A stretch of DNA of 46,368 nt from a candidate division WOR-3 bacterium (GTDB lineage Bacteria; Hydrothermota; Tepidihabitantia; Tepidihabitantales; Tepidihabitantaceae). The translations under genes and the position numbers were made by a program. The notes beneath the pieces are model-generated. The model ran no database searches, was not told the DNA's origin, and saw nothing but the letters and a program-made list of their open reading frames with translations. Location: positions 1 to 46,368 of the forward strand of contig CBFGJX010000021.1 in assembly GCA_965649225.1 (NCBI GenBank), written 5' to 3'. Numbering within the stretch: the first letter of the stretch is position 1; each line of letters begins with the position of its first letter. Below, piece after piece: positions 27,566-36,512 of the stretch.

Positions 27566-29221
27566 CTAGCGCCCCGGGCACTGGGCCGCTACCGCCGGGT
27601 CAATGCCCTTGCCGGCATAGGCCTTTTCGAAGCGCTGAGAAAACTCCTCGGCCAGCGCCCGGGCCCGGGCGTCGAACGCCGCCTTGTCGGACCAGGTGCT
27701 GCGCGGGTTGAGCAGCGTCGGGTCGGCGATGCCCGGACACTGGCGCGGCACCGCCAGATGGAATACCGGGTCGGTGTCGCAGGGGGCGTCGTCCAGCCGG
27801 CCCTGCAGTATCGCATTGACGATTTCCCGGGTGAGGGTGATGTCAATCCGCCGGCCGATGCCGAACGGGCCGCCGGTCCAGCCGGTGTTGACCAGAAACA
27901 CCCGCGTGCCGTGGCGCTTGAGCTTTTCGCCCAGCAAGTGGGCATAGACATCCGGGTTGCGGGGCATGAACGGCTGGCCGAAAAAGCGCGAGAAGGTGCT
28001 TTTGGGGGTGATGATGCCGGTTTCGGTGCCGGCCAGCTTCGAGGTGTAGCCCATCAGGAACCACAGCATCGCCTGATCGCGCGCCAGCCGCGCCACCGGC
28101 GGCAGCACGCCGTTGGCGTCGGCGGTGAGAAAGATGATGTAGCCCGGGTGGCCGGCGATGGCCGAGGGTTTGATGTTGGGCAGAAACGACAGCGGATACG
28201 ACCCGCGCGAGTTGGGGGTGAGCCGTTCGTCGTCCAGGTCGAACCGGCCGTCGGGGTAAATCATCGCGTTTTCGATTATCGCGCCGTGCTCTAAAAAGTC
28301 GGCTTCGTGGAAACAGGCGTGATAGATGTCGGGTTCCTTGGCCGGGTTGAGGTTGATGAGCTTGGCGTAGCAGCCGTTTTCAAAATTGGCAATACCGGAA
28401 TCGCCCCAGGAGTGTTCGTCGTCGCCCAGCAGTTTCCGGTTGGGGTCGGCCGACAGGGTGGTCTTGCCGGTGCCGGAAAGCCCCAGCATCAGCGCGACAT
28501 CGCCGTCCGGGCCTTCGTTGGCCGAGCAGTGCAGCGGCAGGATGCCCTCGGCCGGCAGCAGGTAGTTCATCACCGTGAACATCAGTTTCTTGACGCTGCC
28601 GCAGTAGGCCGAGCCATAGACGACCCCCAGCCGGCGGTCGAAGTCCATCGCCACCGCCATGGTCGATGCCCGGCCGGTTTTGGGGTCGGTGCGCAGCCGG
28701 CCCTCGTAGCGTGCCGGATCAAGCTTGTCCCCGGGCAGCACCAGCAGGGTGAACGGCCGGTCGCGAAAGCGCGAGCGGCTGAGGTCCTCCGGCACCGGCC
28801 GGAACATGTTGTCGGTGAACAGCGCGGTCAGCGCCCGGTCGGTGATGGTGCGCACCGGCAGGGCATGGGTCGGGTCGGCGTCCAGCACCCGGTCGGTGAC
28901 ATAGATCCGCGGCTTGGCGGCGAGGGTGGCGATGGCGTCCTGCATCAGCCGGTCGAAAGTGTCGGGAGTGATCGGCAGGTTGTTGGGCGAGTTCCAGTCA
29001 ATCTCGCCTGCCGACTCCTCGCGCCGGACAATCACCGTGTCCTGCGGGCTGCGGCCGGTGGATTCGGGCGGGGTCCACACCGCCAGCGCGCCGCAGGCCG
29101 CCACCAGCGCCTCGCGCCGCCGCACCGCCTCCAGAATCATCTCCGGCCGGGGCGGGTTGACCCGGACACTGTTGTGCCGGCCGAGCAGTCCTGCGATTGC
29201 CTCGTTCCAGTTGTCGCTCAT
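27566..29221 (-). CDS. pckA: Phosphoenolpyruvate carboxykinase (ATP)
   Basis: TGRSP, LPLHCSAN, GLSGTGKTTLS, LLGDDEH, ENGCYAK, GYTSKLAGTE, LVNTGW. Start overlaps the ppdK stop (ATGA). Confidence 0.95.
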   Translation of the reverse strand: MSDNWNEAIAGLLGRHNSVRVNPPRPEMILEAVRRREALVAACGALAVWTPPESTGRSPQDTVIVRREESAGEIDWNSPNNLPITPDTFDRLMQDAIATLAAKPRIYVTDRVLDADPTHALPVRTITDRALTALFTDNMFRPVPEDLSRSRFRDRPFTLLVLPGDKLDPARYEGRLRTDPKTGRASTMAVAMDFDRRLGVVYGSAYCGSVKKLMFTVMNYLLPAEGILPLHCSANEGPDGDVALMLGLSGTGKTTLSADPNRKLLGDDEHSWGDSGIANFENGCYAKLINLNPAKEPDIYHACFHEADFLEHGAIIENAMIYPDGRFDLDDERLTPNSRGSYPLSFLPNIKPSAIAGHPGYIIFLTADANGVLPPVARLARDQAMLWFLMGYTSKLAGTETGIITPKSTFSRFFGQPFMPRNPDVYAHLLGEKLKRHGTRVFLVNTGWTGGPFGIGRRIDITLTREIVNAILQGRLDDAPCDTDPVFHLAVPRQCPGIADPTLLNPRSTWSDKAAFDARARALAEEFSQRFEKAYAGKGIDPAVAAQCPGR

Positions 29222-31971
29222 TTGCCTCTCCCGGCCCGCGGCCGCGCCGGTTTCTTCTGCTCGCGCCGGGGCCACTCGATTGCCGCCTGCGCCGCGGCCA
29301 GCCGCGCCACCGGCACCCGGAACGGACTGCAGCTGACATAGTCCATTCCCACCCGCCAGCAGAACTTCACCGATTCCGGGTCGCCGCCGTGTTCGCCGCA
29401 GATGCCGATTTTGAGGTCGGGCCGGGCGGCGCGGCCCTTTGCCACCGCCAGCCGAATCAGCGCACCCACCCCCTTCTGGTCAATCGTCTGGAACGGGTCG
29501 GCCGCCAGCAGCCGCCGGCTCAGATATTCGGGCAGAAAACTGCCGATGTCGTCGCGGCTGAAACCGAAGGTCATCTGGGTCAGGTCGTTGGTGCCGAAAG
29601 AGAAAAACTCGGCCGCCTGTGCCAGTTCGTCGGCCAGCAGTGCCGCGCGCGGGATTTCAATCATCGTGCCGACCAGATGGGGAATCCGCCGCCGGCCCGC
29701 CTTGCGGCAGACCTCGTCGTGCACCCGGGCGATGATCGCGTTCTGATGCTCCAGCTCCTTCACATCGCAGGTAACCGGAATCATGATTTCCGGCCGCGGC
29801 CGCCGCCCGGCCGCCAAAAGCTCCGCCGCCGCCTCGAAAATCGCCCGCACCTGCATTTCGGTTACCGCCGGAAAAGTGATGCCCAGCCGCACCCCGCGGT
29901 GGCCCATCATCGGATTGGTCTCGTGCAGCTCCTCGCCGCGCCGGGCAATCTCTGCTGCCGTCACGCCCAGCGCCGCGGCCAGCGCCGCCCGCTTCTCGGC
30001 GGTCTGGGGCACAAACTCGTGCAGCGGCGGGTCGAGCAGCCGGATGGTGACCGGCAGACCGTCCATCGCTTCCAGCGTCCCTTTCACCACCGCCTTGACA
30101 TGGCCAAACAGCTCATCCAGCGCCGCCTGCCGCTCGGCCGCACTGCCGGCCATGATCATCCGGCGCAAAAGGAACAGCGGTTCGTCGCTGCCCTGCCCGT
30201 AAAACATGTGCTCGGTGCGGAACAGCCCGATGCCGCCCGCCCCGAACCGCCGCGCCAGCGCCGCATCGGCCGGGGTTTCGGCATTGGTGCGCACGACCAT
30301 CTGGCGAAAACTGTCGGCCAGCTTCATGAACGCCAGAAACCGCGGCTGCTCGCTGGCGTCAATCATTGCCAGCTCGCCGGCATACACCCGGCCGCGCGTG
30401 CCGTTCAGGCTCAGCCAGTCGCCCTCCCGCACAATCCGGCCGCCCAGCGCCAGCGTCCTCGCCGCCGTGTCCACCCGGGCATCCTTCGCCCCGACGATAC
30501 AGCACTTGCCCCAGCCCCGCGCCACCAGCGCCGCGTGCGAGGTCATGCCGCCCCGGGCGGTGAGAATCCCGGCCGCCGCCCGCATGCCGTCAATGTCTTC
30601 GGGACTGGTCTCCTCGCGCACCAGAATCACCCGCTCCCCGCGCCGCACCCACTCCACCGCCTCGCCGGCGGAAAACACCACCCGGCCCACCGCCCCGCCC
30701 GGCCCGGCCGGCAGACCCTCGCCCAGCAGCTCGGCGTCCTTCTCCGCCGCCGGGTCCAGAATCGGATGCAGCAGCTCGTCCAGCTGGGCCGGCTTCACCC
30801 GCAGCACCGCGGTGCGCTCATCAATCAGCCTCTCCTTCAGCATGTCCAGCGCGATGTTCAGCGCCGCGATGCCGGTGCGCTTGCCGGTGCGGGTCTGCAA
30901 AAGATAAAGCTTGCCCTGCTCGATCGTGAACTCCAGATCCTGCATGTCGCGGAAATGCCGTTCCAGCTTGCGGCGGTAGCGCTCCAGCTCGGCGTAAAGC
31001 TCCGGCATTGCCTCTTCCAGACTCTCCATCGCCGCATTGCTGGCATTGCGGCTGGCGCGGTTCAGCGGATTCGGCGTGCGAATCCCGGCCACCACATCCT
31101 CGCCCTGCGCATTGCGCAGCCACTCGCCGTAAAACTCCGCCGCGCCGGTGGCGGGATTGCGCGTGAACGCCACGCCGGTGGCCGAATCGTTGCCCAGATT
31201 GCCGAACACCATCGCCTGCACATTCACCGCCGTACCCCAGTCGTCGGGCAGCCCCTCAATCCGCCGGTAGCTCACCGCCCGCTTGCCATTCCAGCTTCGA
31301 AACACCGCCCGGATACTGCCCCAGAGCTGCTCCCACGGATCATCGGGAAACGGCCGGCCGAACACCTCGGCAATCCGCGCCTTGAACGCCGCGCACAACC
31401 CCTGCAAATCGGCCACGGAAAGCTCGGCATCGCTCTGCCGGCCGCTGCGCTCCTTGACACCATTCAGAATCCCCTCAAGCTGGGCGCGGATACCCTGCCC
31501 CTCGGCCGGCTCGATACCCTCGGCCTTCTCCATCACCACATCGGCATACATCATCAAAAGCCGCCGGTAAGCATCCCAGGCAAACCGCTCATCCCCGGTC
31601 AGCCGCACCAGCCCGGGCAGCGTCCGCTCGCCCAGCCCGATATTCAGCACCGTCTCCATCATCCCCGGCATCGACGCCCGCGCCCCGGACCGGCACGACA
31701 AAAGCAGCGGCGACTTCGGATCGCCAAACCGCCGGCCCAGTTGCCCCTCAACAAACGCCAGACCCCGCCTCACCTCGGCGGCCAGACCGGGCGGATAGCG
31801 GTGAAACTTCATAAAGAAAACGCAGGCGGCGGTCGAGATGGTAAAGCCGGCCGGCACCGGCAGACCCAGCCGGGCCATCTCGGCCAGATTCGCGCCCTTG
31901 CCGCCCAGCAGCTCGCGCATCTCGGCCGAACCATCGGCCACACCCCGGGCAAACCGATAGACAAACTTCAT
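29218..31971 (-). CDS. ppdK: Pyruvate, phosphate dikinase
   Basis: LLGGKGANLAEM, RSGARASMPGMM, GGMTSHAA phospho-His, RTEHMF, FSFGTNDLTQ, GICGEHGGDP. Confidence 0.97.
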   Translation of the reverse strand: MKFVYRFARGVADGSAEMRELLGGKGANLAEMARLGLPVPAGFTISTAACVFFMKFHRYPPGLAAEVRRGLAFVEGQLGRRFGDPKSPLLLSCRSGARASMPGMMETVLNIGLGERTLPGLVRLTGDERFAWDAYRRLLMMYADVVMEKAEGIEPAEGQGIRAQLEGILNGVKERSGRQSDAELSVADLQGLCAAFKARIAEVFGRPFPDDPWEQLWGSIRAVFRSWNGKRAVSYRRIEGLPDDWGTAVNVQAMVFGNLGNDSATGVAFTRNPATGAAEFYGEWLRNAQGEDVVAGIRTPNPLNRASRNASNAAMESLEEAMPELYAELERYRRKLERHFRDMQDLEFTIEQGKLYLLQTRTGKRTGIAALNIALDMLKERLIDERTAVLRVKPAQLDELLHPILDPAAEKDAELLGEGLPAGPGGAVGRVVFSAGEAVEWVRRGERVILVREETSPEDIDGMRAAAGILTARGGMTSHAALVARGWGKCCIVGAKDARVDTAARTLALGGRIVREGDWLSLNGTRGRVYAGELAMIDASEQPRFLAFMKLADSFRQMVVRTNAETPADAALARRFGAGGIGLFRTEHMFYGQGSDEPLFLLRRMIMAGSAAERQAALDELFGHVKAVVKGTLEAMDGLPVTIRLLDPPLHEFVPQTAEKRAALAAALGVTAAEIARRGEELHETNPMMGHRGVRLGITFPAVTEMQVRAIFEAAAELLAAGRRPRPEIMIPVTCDVKELEHQNAIIARVHDEVCRKAGRRRIPHLVGTMIEIPRAALLADELAQAAEFFSFGTNDLTQMTFGFSRDDIGSFLPEYLSRRLLAADPFQTIDQKGVGALIRLAVAKGRAARPDLKIGICGEHGGDPESVKFCWRVGMDYVSCSPFRVPVARLAAAQAAIEWPRREQKKPARPRAGRGK

Positions 31972-31979
31972 CTTCTCCT

Positions 31980-32070
31980 CTCTGCCCACTGCCCTTTCGC
32001 CTTCTGCCCTTCTGACTTTTGCCTTTTGACTTTTGGCCTTTGGCTTTTGACTTCTGCCCTCTGTTCTTTT
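31980..32070. repeat. Heptamer tandem repeat array (CYTYTGN) upstream of ppdK
   Basis: CTTTTGC CTTTTGA CTTTTGG CCTTTGG CTTTTGA CTTCTGC CCTCTGT and flanking variants. Confidence 0.85.
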
Positions 32071-32136
32071 CTCCTCCCGACCGCAACCCGCCAGCCGGGT
32101 CGGCGGTCGACTTCGCTGTTGCAGGTAAACGAGGCT

Positions 32137-32391
32137 TTACTCTGGCGGCGGCCCGTCCCCGGCCCAATCGGCACTGGCCAGAAAACCCTCCACCAGCTCG
32201 CGCGCCCGCTCCCAGTCCTCCGCCTCAACCAGCACCTCGCCCCAGCTCGGCCGCATCATCCGGGCGATACCATCATAGGCGGGAATCTGAAACGAACGCA
32301 CCAGGGCCGGAATCCCGGCCGACTCCAGCAGATCGCGCACGGCATTCGCCAGCAGCTCGTCGGGCGGATTATAGACCGCTTTCAGTGCCAC
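32137..32391 (-). CDS. DUF2007-like small protein
   Basis: 'VYNPPDELLANAVRDLLESAGIPALV...GEVLVEAEDWERARELVE' pattern; TTGACT-N17-TATCAT 8 nt upstream. Confidence 0.75.
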   Translation of the reverse strand: MALKAVYNPPDELLANAVRDLLESAGIPALVRSFQIPAYDGIARMMRPSWGEVLVEAEDWERARELVEGFLASADWAGDGPPPE

Positions 32392-32424
32392 AGCCCGACA
32401 TGATAACCGACAAAAAACTCCAAG

Positions 32425-33312
32425 TCAAAAACCGCCATCGCGGCGCGACAGCTCCACCCGCCGCCAGCGCAGACTCTCCCCCGCCACCGAAAACACCACA
32501 TACCCCGGCCCGCCAAAATCAAAATCGGCCAACCGCGGCGGCATCGTCCCCACCGTCAAATGCTCCAGCCCGCCCACCCGCTCCACCCGCCAGCCGTGAA
32601 TATGCCCGGCGCAATAGGCCCGCACCCCGCCGCCAAGCAAAAGCGCCAAAAGCCGGTAACGCTCCTCGGCACTCGCCAGCCGCCACATAATCGGCACCGG
32701 CCCGTCCACAATCGGCACATGACTCAGCACCACCACCCACCGGCACGAACTATCGGCCAGCACCCGCTCCAGCCAGTCAAACTGCTCCTCGCCCAGCCGG
32801 CCATCGGCGGAATCCAGAAAAACCAGCCGCAGCCGGCCGGCCACATCCAGCGCATAAACGCTCGGCCCCCACGTGGCCACAAACCAGTCCCAGCCATCGC
32901 GCCGATACAAATCATGATTACCAATCGTCACATAACACGGCACCCCCACCGCCCGCAAAGCCGCCGTAACCGTCGCCCGCTCCGCCGGAGTGCAATCATC
33001 GGTCAAATCCCCCAGCACGCAGAAAAAACTCAACCCCTGCACCCGCGCGCTATCGGCAAACTCGCTCAACCGGTGCTCCAGCCCTGCATTCACCTGCGGA
33101 TCGCCAAACACCGCGAAACTAAAACTATCCGGATTCACCACCGGCGCCGCCGGCGCCGCCAGCCGCAAACTCCGCGCCACCCGCTCATCCACATCCGGCC
33201 GGCAGAAAAACTCACTCACCTCCCACCGGCACGCACACACCAGCAAAAACCCCAGCACACCCAGACGCAACCCTGCCCCCCCTCCTTTCGCATCACGCCG
33301 CCCTCTGCCCAT
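32425..33312 (-). CDS. Calcineurin-like metallophosphoesterase, probable lipoprotein
   Basis: GDPQ, GDLTD, GNHD, SH and GHIH motifs; possible lipobox VCAC. Start ambiguous (33312, 33390 or 33450) because of the repeat duplication. Confidence 0.85.
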   Translation of the reverse strand: MGRGRRDAKGGGAGLRLGVLGFLLVCACRWEVSEFFCRPDVDERVARSLRLAAPAAPVVNPDSFSFAVFGDPQVNAGLEHRLSEFADSARVQGLSFFCVLGDLTDDCTPAERATVTAALRAVGVPCYVTIGNHDLYRRDGWDWFVATWGPSVYALDVAGRLRLVFLDSADGRLGEEQFDWLERVLADSSCRWVVVLSHVPIVDGPVPIMWRLASAEERYRLLALLLGGGVRAYCAGHIHGWRVERVGGLEHLTVGTMPPRLADFDFGGPGYVVFSVAGESLRWRRVELSRRDGGF

Positions 33313-33445
33313 TACCCTCTTGCCCTTTGCCTTTTGACTTTTGGCTTTTGCCTTTTGACTTTTGGCTTTTGGCTTTTGCCTTCTGCCCATTACCCTCTTG
33401 CCCTTTGCCTTTTGACTTTTGGCTTTTGCCTTTTGCCTTCTGCCC
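33304..33445. repeat. Heptamer array containing a ~54-bp direct duplication (78-bp offset)
   Basis: TCTGCCCATTACCCTCTTGCCCTTTGCCTTTTGACTTTTGGCTTTTGCCTTTTG starts at both 33304 and 33382. Confidence 0.85.
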
Positions 33446-33453
33446 TCCATCTC

Positions 33454-34251
33454 CTATCGCCCCCCTCCGCCCACCGGCCACTCCCCCTGCACCCCCAGCG
33501 CCAGCCGCACGCCGCCCAGCGAAAACAACAATCCCGACACCCCTTTCAGGCCGCTCCCGATGCGGCCACACGCCCACAACCCCTGCCGCAGCCGCACCCG
33601 GCCCGCCACGCCGAACGGCAACTCCTGCGGCGTCGCCAGGCGGAACTCATCGCGATTTGCCAGCCAGACAAAAACCTCGCCCCGCGCCGCCGACCACACC
33701 CTCCGGCGCAGACCATAAACCAAAGCCCACTCCGACCACACGCCCCGCGCCCCCTGCCCCGCCAGCCGCGCCCGGCGCCACGCCGCGCCCAGTTCCAGCT
33801 CCAGCCCGCGCAGCCAGCCCTGATTGCCGGCAAAGCCCAAAAACCCGCCCGGACAAAACTCGCTCACCCCCCAATCGCGCCACAAACTACCCTGCACAAA
33901 CCCCGTCACCCGGCACGCGCCCCACGCCCCCGCCAGAACCCGCACACTCCCATCTGCGCCCCAGTGTGCCAGACCGGGATTATCCAACCCCGCCATACCC
34001 ACACCACCCCCCACCACCAGCGCCGTTGCCTTCGGCAACGCCACGTCAAACCTGGAAAAAGCGACAAGGCGGCGGGAGACGCCGGGCTCAGAACGGAACT
34101 CCAGAACGAACCAAGGCCGCACCGCTGGCGCCTGCCCGGCCCCGACCAGCGGCAGCAGCAGACCGGCCAGCAGACCGACCCGAAACCCGACCGGGCAGAA
34201 AAAAACGCCCGGCCGACCGCTCCACCGACTGTTACAGAGCTGACTCGGCAC
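33454..34251 (-). CDS. Hypothetical exported protein, possibly an outer-membrane beta-stranded protein
   Basis: Hydrophobic signal-like stretch, alternating hydrophobic/polar strands, 'LGVQGEW' near the end. Start GTG 34251 lies 6 nt after TTGACG-N17-TATGCT. Confidence 0.55.
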   Translation of the reverse strand: MPSQLCNSRWSGRPGVFFCPVGFRVGLLAGLLLPLVGAGQAPAVRPWFVLEFRSEPGVSRRLVAFSRFDVALPKATALVVGGGVGMAGLDNPGLAHWGADGSVRVLAGAWGACRVTGFVQGSLWRDWGVSEFCPGGFLGFAGNQGWLRGLELELGAAWRRARLAGQGARGVWSEWALVYGLRRRVWSAARGEVFVWLANRDEFRLATPQELPFGVAGRVRLRQGLWACGRIGSGLKGVSGLLFSLGGVRLALGVQGEWPVGGGGR

Positions 34252-34257
34252 CGCGCC

Positions 34258-34335
34258 AGCATATGCCTGCCCTTTGCTGCCGTCAAGACCAGACACCAGC
34301 CGCGGTTTGACCGCCGCCCCAACCCGGCCTACGAT
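34258..34335. promoter_or_regulatory. Back-to-back divergent sigma70-type promoters, both probably leaderless
   Basis: Minus strand: TTGACG(34286)-N17-TATGCT-6nt-GTG. Plus strand: TTGACC(34307)-N17-TACGAT-6nt-GTG(34342). Confidence 0.6.
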
Positions 34336-34341
34336 TCAGCG

Positions 34342-36483
34342 GTGTCATCAGCCCGCCCGTCACCGCGGTCCGCCCTGCTGCTGGCCTCGATTGGCATTGC
34401 CGGCATCGCGGTCCAGTCCGCGCTCATCCGTGAACTCCTCGGTGCGTTTGGTGGCGATGAGCTTATCGCCGCTGTGGTACTGACCGCCTGGCTGGCCGGC
34501 GAAGCCGTCGGTGCCGCAAGCGCCCGGCACATTCCCCAGTCCCGCACCGGCACCCCGCTGCCGTTTGCCGCCACAATCACTGTCCTCTCCGGCCTGGCCG
34601 CCCTGCCGGCATCCGCCCTTATCCGGCCGCTGTGGCGGCTGGCCCCAGGTGAGCTGCTGCCACTGCCGGCGCTGGCGCTCTCGGCCGGACTGCTCGCCTT
34701 CTTTCCCGGCGCGCTCCACTCGGCACTCTTCGTCACCGGCGCCAACCTGTTTGTCGGTTCCGCGGCAGCGGGCCGGGCCTACCTCTGGCGCGGCACCGGC
34801 ACTTTTGTCGGCGGTCTGTTCATCTGGCTCTTCCTGCTCGGCCGGCTGCCCGCCCTGGCCATCGTCGCTGGCGCCGGACTCCTGCTGTTTATCGCGGTTT
34901 TCCTGTTCTGGCCACGCTCAACCCCGATACTGCTACTGCCGGCGCTGGTCTGCGCCGGCGTCCTGCTCTTCGGCTCCAATCTTGAACGCCGTATCTGGTC
35001 GTTCCACTGGCCGGGTCAGCAGATTCGGCTCGTGCGCGACTCGCCGCTGGGCAAAACCATCGCGATTGAACGAGCCGGCACGACGACGCTGCTGGCCGAC
35101 GGCGTGCCGGTCGCGACCTGGCCGATTGTAATCAGCGAGGCCGAAGAACTGCTCGGCCAGCTGCCGCTGCTGGCCCATCCAGCACCGGAACGAGTGCTCG
35201 CAATCGGCACGCTGCCCGGCGGGCTGACGACCGAACTGCTCAAAAACCCGGTCCGCTCACTGCAACTGGTTGTCCCCGACCGGGTACTGCTGGCCGCGGT
35301 CCGCGGTTTTGGCGACAGCACCACTGCTGCCGTCCTTGCCGACCACCGGCTCAGAATCGCCACCGCCGACGCGCTGCAGTTTCTGCAACAGGACACCGGC
35401 CGTTACGACTGCATCGTCATTGCCGCCGGCCCGCCCGCCAGTCTTGCTGCCAGCCGTTTGACTACCGTTGAGTTTTTCCGCCGCTGCCGCGCCCGCCTGC
35501 GCCCCGCCGGGGTACTGGCGCTGCCCGGCCCGGCGCTGCCCGCGGCCGGCCCCCTGGCACTGGCTCTGCTCGACTGCCGTCGGGCGACACTGACTGCGGC
35601 CGGATTCGGTTCGGTGCTGGTAGTGCCGGGCGAACCTTCGGTGCTGCTGACATCCGACCGGCCGCTTGAACTGACCGCCGATCTGGTCCGGCACCGGCTC
35701 GCGGCGCGCGGGGCATCGACCTTCCTGCTCGAACCGCTGCTGGCCCGGCTCGACTGGCCGCAACCGCCCCGCTCCAGCCAGGCTCCGGTCTCCTCACTGC
35801 TGACGCCGGCCGAGCGCCGCTTCGCCCTGTTGCTGACCCTGCAGCAATCCGCGCCGGTGCTGGCGGCGCAACTGGTCCGTGGCGGCCAGCTGGCCGGCTG
35901 GCTGGTGCTCACCGCCGCAATAGTCCTGCTGATACTGGTATTGGTGCGCGCGCGGCGTCGGCAGGCGGTTCTCCGGCTGGCGATTTTCAGTTCGGGTCTG
36001 GCCGGTGCGGCGCTTTCGATTCTGGGTGTTTTCGCGATGCAGTCGGCAACCGGCGCCGCCTTCTCCGGCCTCGTGCTGCTGTTTGCCGCTTTGACTGCCG
36101 GCACCACCTTGGGTGCCGTGCCGGGCAACCGGCTGGGTTTGCACCGGTGGCGAACGGTCGCCGTTGCGAATCTGCTGCTTTTCGCTCTTCTTCTCGCGCT
36201 GGTCCCGGCGGCCCGCGGCGCGCCGTTGTGGTTTTTCGGGTTGCTGGCTCTGCTGGGCGGTGTTGCGCTGGGGTTTGAGTTTGGTTTCGTCGCCCGGCTG
36301 GAGCCTTGCGCTGTTGCCGCCGGCCGGGCCGGGCAGGTTGCGGCGCTGGATCTTGCCGGTGGCGTTGCCGGCGCTTTTGTGCTGCCGCTGGTGGTGCCGG
36401 TGCTGGGGTTGTGGCCCGCGGTGCTTTTTGCCGCCGCCGCCCCGCTGGTTGCCGGCGTCGCCGTGTTGTTTGCGCAGGTTTGA
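34342..36483 (+). CDS. Membrane-fused spermidine synthase-like protein (TM - aminopropyltransferase fold - TM)
   Basis: 'Q..LIRELLGAFGGDEL', 'DSPLG', 'LLAHPAPERVLAIG', 'RLRIATADALQFL....RYDCI', 'TVEFF...RARLRPAGVL'. The ORF-track extension back to 32560 is spurious. Confidence 0.8.
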   Translation: MSSARPSPRSALLLASIGIAGIAVQSALIRELLGAFGGDELIAAVVLTAWLAGEAVGAASARHIPQSRTGTPLPFAATITVLSGLAALPASALIRPLWRLAPGELLPLPALALSAGLLAFFPGALHSALFVTGANLFVGSAAAGRAYLWRGTGTFVGGLFIWLFLLGRLPALAIVAGAGLLLFIAVFLFWPRSTPILLLPALVCAGVLLFGSNLERRIWSFHWPGQQIRLVRDSPLGKTIAIERAGTTTLLADGVPVATWPIVISEAEELLGQLPLLAHPAPERVLAIGTLPGGLTTELLKNPVRSLQLVVPDRVLLAAVRGFGDSTTAAVLADHRLRIATADALQFLQQDTGRYDCIVIAAGPPASLAASRLTTVEFFRRCRARLRPAGVLALPGPALPAAGPLALALLDCRRATLTAAGFGSVLVVPGEPSVLLTSDRPLELTADLVRHRLAARGASTFLLEPLLARLDWPQPPRSSQAPVSSLLTPAERRFALLLTLQQSAPVLAAQLVRGGQLAGWLVLTAAIVLLILVLVRARRRQAVLRLAIFSSGLAGAALSILGVFAMQSATGAAFSGLVLLFAALTAGTTLGAVPGNRLGLHRWRTVAVANLLLFALLLALVPAARGAPLWFFGLLALLGGVALGFEFGFVARLEPCAVAAGRAGQVAALDLAGGVAGAFVLPLVVPVLGLWPAVLFAAAAPLVAGVAVLFAQV

Positions 36484-36512
36484 CTCGGCGGCCGGGCGTC
36501 CTACAATGTGCC

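Noticed and set aside
29197..32403. 1068-aa + strand ORF and similar long ORFs (17973..20477, 11285..13453, 21278..22918, 8854..10356, 22..861, 39344..40831)
   Set aside because: Antisense shadows of well-supported genes in high-GC DNA, with no recognisable motifs.
32560..34341. N-terminal ~590 aa of the 1307-aa ORF
   Set aside because: Pro/His/Gln-rich shadow of two minus-strand genes; the real gene starts at GTG 34342 after a promoter.
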